A stretch of DNA of 64,000 bases from Callorhinchus milii (taxonomy: Eukaryota): assembly GCF_018977255.1 (NCBI RefSeq), contig NW_024704742.1, positions 55,430,001 through 55,494,000 on the forward strand, read 5' to 3'. Shown here in pieces: positions 36,268 through 45,990 of the stretch (position 1 is the stretch's first letter; every line of letters starts with the position of its first letter). The translations under genes were made by a program, and so were the position numbers. The notes under the pieces were generated by a model that did not search any database, had not been told where the DNA came from, and saw only the letters and a list, made by a program, of their open reading frames with translations.

Positions 36268-36400
36268 AATTATTTGGGGAGGACAAGTTTGCAGGGCTAT
36301 CGGAGAGAGTGGAGGAGTGGGATTGAAGTGGATAGCTCTTCTCGAAGAGCCGGCACAGATACGATGGGTCGAATGGTCTCCTTCTGTGCTGTATAATTCT
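36268..36400 (+). mobile_element. CR1 3' tail
   Basis: tttgcagggctatcggagagagtggaggagtggg...gagccggcacagatacgatgggtcgaatggtctccttctgtgctgta. Confidence 0.85.
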
Positions 36401-36434
36401 ACAATGACTAATAAGACTCTTGTTAATAAATTTG

Positions 36435-36687
36435 ATCTTCAGCCTTTCTGCCTCCACCCGCTGGAACTTCATCCTGGAGACCCTCCATCTCACCCCCTTC
36501 CTTGCCTCTTGCAAGGCCCATCTCAAGACCTTCCTCTATGACCGTGCCTTTGATTATCTTCCCATCCCCTTGCCCTCCATCCCTCTTGACTCCAACTCCC
36601 AGCTTGGGTGTAAACTCTTCACTGTCCAGCACCTCGGTATGTCCTCCGGATGTGAAACACGCTATATAAATGCAATTTGTTGTTGTT
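36435..36687 (+). mobile_element. L2 3' end
   Basis: FSLSASTRWN..CKAHLKTFLYDRAF; tail with (TTG)n. Confidence 0.9.
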
Positions 36688-36799
36688 AATATAGTATTAA
36701 TATGTAGGATTTTTCTAAATTAGGTTCTCATATCTTTGCTTCTTGTCATAAAGGAAATATGATAAAGCAGGAGAAGCACCTGGCTGTGTTTATACGTAA

Positions 36800-36930
36800 A
36801 AGTACTGAAAAACAAGCAGTTCGAAAGAAAAGCATTTGTGAGGACATTGGTGAAAGTATGTCTGAGATATAGAAGATTTGAGAAAGGCTGCTGGAACTTG
36901 ATTCTGAGGTTGCCCTCTATGCCAAGATTC
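36800..36930 (+). mobile_element. Possible L1 RT relic
   Basis: aaagcatttgtgaggacattgg (KAF..W) and ggttgccctcta (GCPL) in RT order but much too close together. Confidence 0.3.
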
Positions 36931-37177
36931 AAGTGGATGTAGGGAATTGCTAAAGCATTTCAATGTTCAAAACCTAAAGGAACATTTTGTTTCATGCCAG
37001 ATTGTATTTGGACTCACATTAAAGCACAGACATTCAATGTACAATATAATGGAACATTAGTTCAGGCATCATTGAAGACGAAACTTCAGGTTCAGTGCTT
37101 TTATTTCTGTTGGTGGTAACTAGGCAGCACTGCTTTTATTCAGGCAAGACTGTCTCACCTGTCAGGGTTTTGGCTTG

Positions 37178-38885
37178 CAACAACAACAACAAAATTACAT
37201 TTATAGAGCGCCTTTCACATCGGGAGGACATCCCAAAGTGCTGAACAGTCAGATGTCGGGGCCCGAACATGGGGGAGGGGTGGTGTAGGGGTGAGGGAAG
37301 GCAGAGAGGTGGGAGGGAGACCAAAGGCACAGTCGAAGAGAAGGATCTTGAGACTGGCCTTGAAGGATACAAGGGAGGAAGCGAGGTGAAGGGACTGTGG
37401 GATGGAGTTCCAGATGGAGTGGGGGCAGAGAGGCTGAAAGCCCGGCCACTGATGGTAGGGCGGGTCGAGCGGGAGACATGGAGCAGGCCAGAGCCTGATG
37501 AGCGGAGGGAGTGGGCAGGAAGGAGTCAGCAGGTCAGAGATAGGAGGGGGCAAGGCCGTGGATGGCCTTAAAGGTGAGGACGAGGATCTTGAACTCGATC
37601 TTCTGGGGGATGGGGAGCCAGTGAAGTCGGGCGAGGGTGGGAGTGATGGGGTCATGGAGCCTGGTGCGTGAGAGTACACAAACTGCAGAATTTTGGATGA
37701 TCTGCAGCTTGTGAAGGGAAGAATTGGGAAGGCCGATGAGGAGGGAGTCCTGCAGTTCAATGGTTCGAGCACTCACTTTGCAAGTGAGAGACCTGAGTTC
37801 AATTCCAGGCAGGGCGAAACCTTAGGCAAGTTTCCTTACTCCACACACCTAATAATAATCCCTCCAAAAAAACAAAACAATAATAAATTGGTCATTTTCA
37901 ATCCATATGACTGTTTGTGGGACATTGCTGTGTGCAATTGGCTGCCGCGTTCGCCCACAAATATACAGTCAATTCACTTTAGAGTGTGTTCTGTGAAGTG
38001 CTTTGGGACGTCCTCCTGACGTGAAAAGCACTATATCAAATACAAGGATTATTAATCAAGCCTTGAGGTGACGAATGCGTGGGTGAGGGTTTTGGCAGCC
38101 TGAAGGGTGAGGCAGTGACGGAGTCTGGCAATGTTGCGGAGGTGGTGGTAGGCAGTGCCGGTCATGGCGAGGGATGTGGGGGAGAAAGGACAGTTCAGGG
38201 TCAAACAAGACACCCAGGTTCCTGACTGGCATAGTGAGGTTGAGTGTGCAGCTATGGAGGCTGATGCTGCCAGCGCCCGAGGTGTGGAGGCTCTGGCGCG
38301 AGCCAATCAGGAGGGCCTCGGTCTTGCTGATGTTGAGTTGGAGAAAGTTGGCACTTGTCCAGGACTTGATGTCGGACAGGCAGTCGGTCAGGATGCCAGT
38401 TGTCCTGGAGTTCAGGATGGAGGCAGAGTTGGGTGTCATCCGCATACATGTGGAAATTTACTCCATGTCTGCGGATGATGTCATCAAGGGGGAGCATGTA
38501 AAGGGTGAAGAGGAGGGGACCGAGGACAGAGCCCTGAAGAACACCGTACAAGATGGTACGGGGGCTGGAGGAGAAACTGTTTGCAGTGATGAAGTGGAGG
38601 CGGTGTGAAAGGTAGGACCTGAACCAGTCAAGGACAGAACCTTGAAGGTTGAGGTGGGAGGAGAGGCAGTGGGGGAGGATTGAGTGGTTCACGGTGTCAA
38701 AGGTGGCAGAGAGGTCAAGGAGGATGAGGAGGCAGAGGGAGCCCTGGTCACACATGGTCAGGATGTCGTTTGTGACCTTGACCAGAGCAGTTTCCATGCT
38801 GTGGGCAGCACAGAAACCCGATTGGAGGGGTTCATGGAGGGAGTGGGAGGAGAGGAAAGAGTGAAGCTGGGAGGCAACGGCTCTC
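37178..38885 (-). mobile_element. Young L2 LINE (RT to 3' end) with nested SINE
   Basis: ORF 38252-38908 QSGF..ETALVKVTNDIL..LLDLSATFDTVNH..QGSVLGPLLF..YADDTQL; C-terminus and (CAA)n tail. Confidence 0.95.
37744..38054 (+). mobile_element. tRNA-Ala SINE short form nested in L2
   Basis: ggagtcctgcagttcaatggttcgagc...gggacgtcctcctgacgtgaaaagcactatatcaaatacaaggattatta. Confidence 0.95.
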
Positions 38886-39029
38886 TCTATACAGGATTTA
38901 GGCAGCATTTAAGCAGTGTCAACTCTTCTAAGTTTACATTGAATTACTGCAGACCTGCATTTCTTTGGCAGATATGTCTCCTCAAGGACACACAAAGTCC
39001 AATGTTCAACCAATTAATCTGTAGAGGAT

Positions 39030-39172
39030 GTTATGGGAAGTAACTCATGTCAGAAAGATGAGAGATGGAGTTTATGAGAGGTTGTGGTATGTAGGCCCTA
39101 GAGTAGTTTGTGGAAGAGCATGTTTGATGGGCCAAATGGCTCTTTCTTGTTCCTAATTTCCAATGTTCTTAT
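39030..39172 (+). mobile_element. Old CR1 3' tail
   Basis: gatgggccaaatggctctttcttgttccta..atgttcttatg. Confidence 0.55.
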
Positions 39173-39631
39173 GAAGCAGTAAAGACCCATTTGTTACTTT
39201 TCACTTGGCTTTGATGGATTATAGGGTGACGTTTCTGAAGACTTGTGTTGAATTTCTTCAGGGTATGTGGTTACATTGGAGGGGAGTCATCCCACCTGGA
39301 GAAACAACTGACAATCTTTTCTATACACGTGCTGGCTATGGTTTGGCAGTGTATCTCACTTGGAAATACAGTGCATATATTATATTCTGCAGTTCAGCCA
39401 AAAGGGCAATGCTTTACTTGAAGGACTTTTGAGATTCTTTGGGATGGTCTCCAATTTGTGTATCCACTGGAAGTGAACTTGAGATGCTATAAAAAAGATA
39501 TGATCCACAAAGAAGCATTAAACAATCCAAGAATACATCAATAAAACATCTGGGCTCTTTACTAGGCAGTTTGCTCGTGATAAAGATGGAATACTATGCC
39601 AACAAAATGTACTCTTCAAACACAACATCTC

Positions 39632-40282
39632 AGTTTGACTCAGTTGGTAACACTTCTCTCTTTTCAGTCAGAAGATTGTGGGTTCAAGCCCCATTTCAAG
39701 ATTTAGAACTTACATAGTCAAAGCCACTGGTGGCTAACCTTTATAGTTGGCCAACAAAATAAATTTTCTTGATTGAATATTTCTTGATTCATGCCATCAA
39801 TCAAGAAATATTCAATCAAGAATAAACTGAAAACACACTAACAATCAAACACAAACTTACTCAGACTGGTGCGAATGTTTGGGGCCCTGCTTTTTGATGG
39901 ACCTGAGGGTCACTTTTGGCCATCACTGGTTTAAGCTGACACTCTAATGTAGTGCTGGGGGTGTGCTGCATTATCGGAGGAACATCCTTTGGATGAGATG
40001 TTAAACTGAGATCCCACCTGTCTATTCAGGTGGACGTTAAAGATCTCCCAGCACTATTCGAAAAGAGAAAGGAGTTTCTCCCAACATCTTGACCAACAAT
40101 TCTGCAATAGAAAAAAAATATTATTCACTTTGTGGCTATTTGTGGCACATTGCTGTGCACAACTTAGTTGCCGTGGTCACCCACCCAAAACACAGTCACT
40201 ACACTTTACAGAATATCCTGTGAAGCGCTTTGGGATGTCCTCCCTATATAAAAGGCACTATATCAAATGTAAGGATTAATAT
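39632..40282 (+). mobile_element. Deu-domain SINE, full length, interrupted by a MITE
   Basis: gactcagttggtaacac...gtgggttcaagcccc head; gctgacactctaatg; ggatgagatgttaaactgag...ggacgttaaagatc Deu core; L2-type tail. Confidence 0.9.
39725..39928. mobile_element. hAT-like MITE
   Basis: imperfect TIRs cactggtggctaa / ttggccatcactg; 8-bp TSD-like gtcaaagc (39717-39724) / gtttaagc (39929-39936); host SINE rejoins across it. Confidence 0.75.
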
Positions 40283-40431
40283 TACATAGTTATAGTGCAA
40301 TCGTAATATCTAAGCAGATTGTAATCCTAAATTGTGACAATGAGACTTCTCATAGCAGGATATAAAATGCTATTGTTTCCAGAATTACTCAAACCAATCT
40401 AAATTTATGTATCAGTGTAGATTCTGTAGAT

Positions 40432-40635
40432 CAGTGGTTGCTAACCTTTATGGTTGGCCAACAAATACATTTTTCTTCACAAAATTTTTCTTAATTTATG
40501 GCTTTATGTCATGGATATCGCGACTCGGTAGCTACTGGAACTTTGGAGTGGACTTGCCTGACTGGGGAAGATGTTTGGTGGGCCACATCTTGAAGCTCCA
40601 AGATGTCAAATACGATCGACCAGTTGGAGACCCTG
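40432..40635. mobile_element. hAT-like MITE, related copy
   Basis: cagtggttgctaacctttatggttggccaacaaa start shared with 39725; ends gatcgaccagttggagaccctg; gtagat in both flanks. Confidence 0.7.
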
Positions 40636-40804
40636 AGTAGATGAATTTAAGAACAAATTAAACAACTGGACAAGCTATGCAGAGGAAGAACATTAGAGGG
40701 TACAGGAACAGGGCAGGAAAGGATGGATGCCTTGTTGGAAGAGCAAACAATGACCATGAAAAAAAGGGTCAAATGGACACAAACTATGTCATAAATTTCT
40801 ATAC

Positions 40805-41474
40805 CCCACTGAGCCAGTCCTTGGTTTCTTGTTTGACCCTCAACTGTCCTTTCTACCCCACATCCATGCCATGACCCCGTTCTGCCTTCCCCCACCCCCG
40901 CAACGTCACCCACTGCCTGCCCCTCAGGCCATCGAAACCTTCATCCATGCATTTATTACATCTAGGCTCAACTATGCCAATTCTCTGCTTGTTGGCCTTC
41001 CCAACTCTTCCCTCCACAAGCTGCAGGTCATCCAGAACTCTGTAGCTCATGTCCTCTCCTACACCAAGCTCTGTGAACCTATCACCCCCACCCGGCTCAA
41101 CTGGCTTCCATCCCCCAGAGTATTGAGTTCAAAATCCTCGTCCTCGTCTACAAAGACCTCTATGGCCTTGTTCCTTCCTACCTCTGTGACCTGTTAATGA
41201 CATATCAACCTGTCGGTTCCCACTCAGCAGACTCTGGCCTGCTGGACGTTCCCCGCTCGGCCGGCCCCACCATCGGCGGCTGGGCCTTCAGCATCTCTGG
41301 CCCCACCCTTTGGAACTCCATCCCACAGTCCCTTCACATCGAGCCCTCCCTTGCCTCCTTCAAGGTACGTCTCAAAACCCTCCTCCTTGACTGCACCTTT
41401 GGCCACCCTTCTACCCCTACCCTCCCTGCCCTCCATCCCTCCTGATCACAATCCCTGGTTCGGGTCCAAATCCT

Positions 41475-41515
<41 letters not shown>

Positions 41516-41666
41516 CCTTGCATTTGATATAGCGCTTTTCACGTCAGGAGGACGTCCCAAAGCGCTTCACAGAACACACTGTAAAGTGAATTGACTGTAT
41601 ATTTGTGCCTTGGGACCTCCTCCTGACATGAAACACGCTATACAAATGCAATTTGTTATTGTTGTT
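40805..41666 (+). mobile_element. L2 3' part with minus-strand SINE tail (41477-41607) inserted in its tail
   Basis: FDPQLSFLPHI..HAFITSRLNYANSLL..LWNSIP..FKVRLKT; tail resumes gccttgggacctcctcctgac. Confidence 0.95.
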
Positions 41667-41681
41667 CATTCTTTGCCTTTG

Positions 41682-41900
41682 TTAGTCTATTGACAGATCG
41701 CTTTTCTGGGGGTAATTTAATTCCTTCAAAAAAAAATAATTTGTTTGCCCCAATCCACAACTGGGACGCTGCTGTGCACAATTGGCTGCCGTGATTTGCC
41801 CACTAAATACACTTCACTTTATAGTATATTCTGTGAAGCGCTTTGAGATACCTCGAACAAATAGTAAAGTGCTATATCAAATGCAAGGATTATTATTATT
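41682..41900 (+). mobile_element. tRNA-Ala SINE long form, 3' part
   Basis: ttagtctattgacagatcgcttttctgggg...gtgctatatcaaatgcaaggattattatt. Confidence 0.85.
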
Positions 41901-42324
41901 GTTACTTTCTTCCATGGCTAAACTGCTACCATTTTATAAGAGAAACATTACATTTTAATGCTCAGAAGCTGCTGTTTTGCTGTTGTTCTGGCCTTTGTGA
42001 CTTCTGTCCTAGAATGTAAATTATATTGCAACAACTCAACCAGATGGCTACAATTATTTTAGAGGTAAATTATATTGCAACAACTCAACCAAATTGCTAC
42101 ATAAATGCATATGTTTTCAGTCAAGGCACTTAATAAATCCCATGAAACACATTGGAGCCAATTTCTGCTGTGTTATCTTAACTCTGGTATTGATCCAAGT
42201 TGCGAGCAAAGATAGCACCAACATTTTAATTTATTTATATCTCTGTGAGATCATGAAATAATTTGATTTGGCCCACAGTCATCGTTTGTTTTAATCGAGA
42301 AATGTATTTATATCATGCACAATC

Positions 42325-42610
42325 AAATGTGGTGTTCCTCAGGGTCTTTCATTTGAAAGCATCATCTATATCTTATTTGGTGACATCATCTGCGGATATG
42401 GGGTCCACTTCCATGTGTATGCAGGTGACATGCAATTGTATCTCTTTGCCTCTAACTAGCCCTTTGCTTCAGATCTATTGCTCTGACCAAGCTTTCAGCC
42501 ATTCTACCACAATCTCCAGAACTGCATTCCGGAGTCTCTGTGTTCACCATCCCACTTTTAAAGCCTGCCTTACTATCTCTTTGATGATGTTTTTGGTTAT
42601 CTTCCCCACC
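42325..42610 (+). mobile_element. Highly decayed L2 fragment
   Basis: tgtggtgttcctcagggtc (CGVPQG) and ggtgacatcatctgcggatatggggtccacttccatgtgtatgcaggtgac (DII.R.GV.FH.YA.D). Confidence 0.65.
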
Positions 42611-42904
42611 CCTGTAAATGTAAGTTTTATTGGATTGTCATTTACGTCCTTATTTGATATAAGTGAGTTTAATAGAACACAACAAAAAACACATTTCTAA
42701 TCTGAAAATAATGCAAAATATTGAGTATGCAATGAGTTAATGGAGGACGTTTAGTGTTTATTGAGCGCGACTGACTCATGTCGTAGTAACTGATTCTGTT
42801 GTACTTGTTAAATAATGGTTAGGCCTCAGGTCATCAAGACTACATAAAGGAATAGAAGAAGCAAGATTTCTCTCGGCACCATTTTCAAACACATTAAAAA
42901 CAGA

Positions 42905-43710
42905 TTACAGAATTCCTGTAGTTGTCCATGCCAATGGGAACTCAGCTGCACTGTACATTAGGTGGGGAATCAGGCCACATCCTGCAGACAAGATTCCTTT
43001 GATGTCGTTTGGCAAGACCAACATTTCATTCTTACCAAAGGCTTGAACTAACCTGTCTGCCAGCACAACCACAGCCTGCTGTGTTGGGCTCACTTTTGTT
43101 AAGAATTTTTTAACGGACATAAAGCAAGTGTATGAAAACAGTTCAGACTTGTTTCAGGGTTAACATTCCTTGACACGTACACATGGGAAATTCTAAAAAC
43201 CACAAGGAACAACTGGAACATGTTTTTTCTATTTCAAACATTCAGTCTCCTGAGGGGGGACTCGCCAAGCTCTGATATACTACATGACAGGTTAATTTTG
43301 GAATATTTAAACTGAAAACCAGTAACTTAATTATAAAAAAGGAAATGTACAACAATTTTTACATGTGTTACACAGGATTCCTGTAGCTGGAAAGATATTG
43401 GTGGTTTAAAATGCACCGCTTGCAAACTGGGTTTGAGTCACTAATTTATGACTTCCACTTTGTGATTGTCAGATTCTGTGAATCGTAAAATAGTGAATCT
43501 GCTGATGTCTGGAGAAAGTGATTGAGCAAAACCCTGCAAACCACTGTTGTGAAATGGCCAGCTTCTTACCTGTTCGCCTTGTTTCAGACTTTGCTGTTTC
43601 TGTTGGCGTTTTGCTGAAAAGCATTTTTTTTGAGTTTGCCAACTTCGGATTTAAGATTCACCATTTCAGAAATCTCATCATCCAATATTCACAAAATGGA
43701 TTTCAGTTGT
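42905..43710 (-). mobile_element. Decayed pogo/Tigger-like DNA transposase relic
   Basis: KLAISQQWFAGF (cf. CENP-B HTH FKASxGWFxRF), later SVKKFL..AVVVLAD..EMLVLPNDIKGIL (cf. DDE VKKYL..ALLxLDN..VxFLPPNTTSLL), in the correct order; stops and frameshifts. Confidence 0.5.
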
Positions 43711-43736
43711 TAATTGTATGTATTATAGTTCCGCCT

Positions 43737-44060
43737 TTGGCCTGGTGGGTAAAAGCACTCAGTGGGTAAAGTCACCTAGTGGTTAAAGGTCATACTGATG
43801 GGAAGGTTATTTATTAATTGATCTAATTAATTCAATTTTCCCCCTTGCCTCCCTCTTTTACCCCTCTTTAGATCATGCCTGAAGACTTTCCTTTTTGATC
43901 GTGCCTATGTTCAACTCCCCTTTCTCCCAGGCTTAAGGTCAAATGGCACCATTGCTCAATGCTCTGAGATGCTATCCCACTTGAAGGGCCTCTATGAATG
44001 CAAGTTGTGGTTGGCGGTGTTGATTTCAGCCCGTGCAGCAGATGAGGAACAATTGATGCT
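43737..44060 (+). mobile_element. Possible old SINE (AmnSINE2-like) split by an L2 tail (43870-44010)
   Basis: ttggcctggtgggtaaaagcac... and gttgatttcagcccgtgcagcagatgaggaacaattg; resemblance from memory only. Confidence 0.3.
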
Positions 44061-44065
44061 GAGGG

Positions 44066-44420
44066 AACAACAACAACGACTTGAATTTATATAGTGCTCT
44101 TCAAGTAGAATAATGTCTTAGAGAGCTTTACAATGGCAGGGATGGATGTTGAGCTGGGGGGAGGGAAATGGAAGGAAGAGGAAGGTGATCATAGATGCAG
44201 TTGAAGAGATAAGTTTTAAGGCAAGACTGGAAGACAGAGAGAGAGTGACTGAAACGGAGGGGTCAAAAGAGGGAGTTCCAGAAGTCAGGGGTGTAGAATG
44301 CGTAGGCTCAGCCATTGATGGTGCTGGGGGTAGGGTGGGGGAACCCACAGCAAACCTGAGTCAGCTGAGGCAGTAAGCAAGAGAATGAGGAAGGAGATCA
44401 GAGAGATGGAAGGGAGAATC
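44066..44420 (-). mobile_element. Old L2 3' end
   Basis: (CAA)n tail; reverse complement ..LWNSL..FQSCLKTYLF. Confidence 0.7.
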
Positions 44421-44617
44421 AGACATGGTTGCAATTGATTGCTAACCAGAGACTGCTGCTGGAAAGTGTATGAGGTTGTCAGGTGAGTATAAGATCAGGC
44501 TTGGCTGTGGTGCCAGTTGTAGTTGAGAAGTCTGCTGACACTCACCACGGTTGGAAAAGGTTCTGAACAGGAGAAACACTATAGGGCATCTTTCAATGGA
44601 AGAAAAAGTAATAAAAC

Positions 44618-44925
44618 AATAATAATTCTTGTATTTGATATAGTGTTTTTCATGTCTTCTAGACGTCTCAAAGCGCTTCACAGAATACACTGTAAAGTGA
44701 ATTGACTGTATACTTTGTCGTCGAAACGCGGCAGTCAATTGCGCACAGCAATGTCCCACAACAGTCGTGGATTGAAGTGACCAATTTTATTATTGTTTTT
44801 TTTCTTGAGGGATTATTATTAGGCATGTGGAGTAAGGAAAGTTGCCCAAGGTTTTGCCCTGCCGGGAATCAAACCCAAGTCTCTCGCTTGCGAGGTGAGT
44901 GCTCTAACCACTGAGTTACAGAACT
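44618..44925 (-). mobile_element. tRNA-Ala SINE short form, full length
   Basis: tail ttcatgtcttctagacgtctcaaagcgct to ctctaaccactgagttacag. Confidence 0.95.
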
Positions 44926-45559
44926 GCTAAGAAAAGGAATGTATCACCTGCATGACAGCATAATTGTATTGACTTGTAAGAACTATGCTCATACCAAGGA
45001 GATTGGCTCACAGTAGAGTTCTTGTGGGTTGCTGTGAAGTACATGGTGTTTCCTGCATGTCTTATCTCATTGTAACAGAGTTGCTTTGCAAGGAAATGGG
45101 GGCAAATTCAGGACAATTCCTGCTTCAGCTGCTGCACTGCCTCCAATGTACAACTTCATACTTCTTGTGCCAAGTGTCAGAAATAGCCGTATTAATAAAG
45201 TGTGGCAGGTAAGTGAAGCTGGGGTGGGGAATGAAGCAAAGAGACAAATTGAATCCTAAGCGCGCTCAAGATTTATGTAATAATAGCTGGAACAAATGGT
45301 ATTCTTCATACTCAGCATGACTAAACCTTGTGAGGCAGAAATGAACAAGGTAACCAGGATTTTGCCAAATCAGTTGAGTTTAACTCCCAAAATATCAAGC
45401 TGTGCTCTTGTCAGGATGTAAAAGGGTATTTGTTGGTGTGCTGTGTCACAAGAGGGGGAGGGAGGGAGACTGGGAGGGGTAGAGTGGACACTGGAAGCTA
45501 GAGGCAGTGTAGATGAGAGCAACGAGTTTGATCATCCATGTCAGAGTGATGATGGATAA

Positions 45560-45990
45560 ATTAGATAATCTAGAATAAAGCTATTAAAACTTGAAAAGGC
45601 ATATCTCAGGAGACCGTACAGAGGTATATGAAATATAATCCTTAAATTTGATATAGCGCTTTTCATGTCAGGAGGATATCTCCAAGCGTTTCATCGCAGA
45701 TTTTGTAAAGTGTATTGACTGTGTGTTTTGTAAGTGATTGCTAAATGGGATGGAGAAAGTAAACCTAAACCAATACAATTGGATATGCAATAATATCAAG
45801 AAAAGGTTTAAGGATGTGAAGAACAATTTTAGGACAGACACTGTTTCTTTACTTAAGAGCTGGGATGTGTTAAAGAGACTGGACTCATTTAAGGTACATG
45901 TGGATACAGTGCTATAATTGGAAAATTACCAAATTACGGATGAGCTCATGTGGGCTAAAAGGTCTTGCTCGTCTTAACATCTTTTGTGAC
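45560..45990 (+). mobile_element. Old CR1 3' end with minus-strand SINE tail (45636-45735)
   Basis: LEK..LRGD..EVYEI..NGMEKVN; tgggctaaaaggtcttgctcgtc tail. Confidence 0.55.

Noticed and set aside
38252..38908. 218-aa RT ORF as an active or novel reverse transcriptase system
   Set aside because: 5'-truncated L2 with no endonuclease, a frameshift after YADDTQL and a SINE insertion downstream
43562..43575. Minus-strand splice donor CAG|GTAAG as a host exon end
   Set aside because: Lies within the Tigger-like relic, and no upstream acceptor with a clean frame was found
45079..45208. 130-bp exon-like segment with AG and CAG|GTAAGT
   Set aside because: Two open frames but no recognisable product or partner exons; cannot be told from a cryptic site
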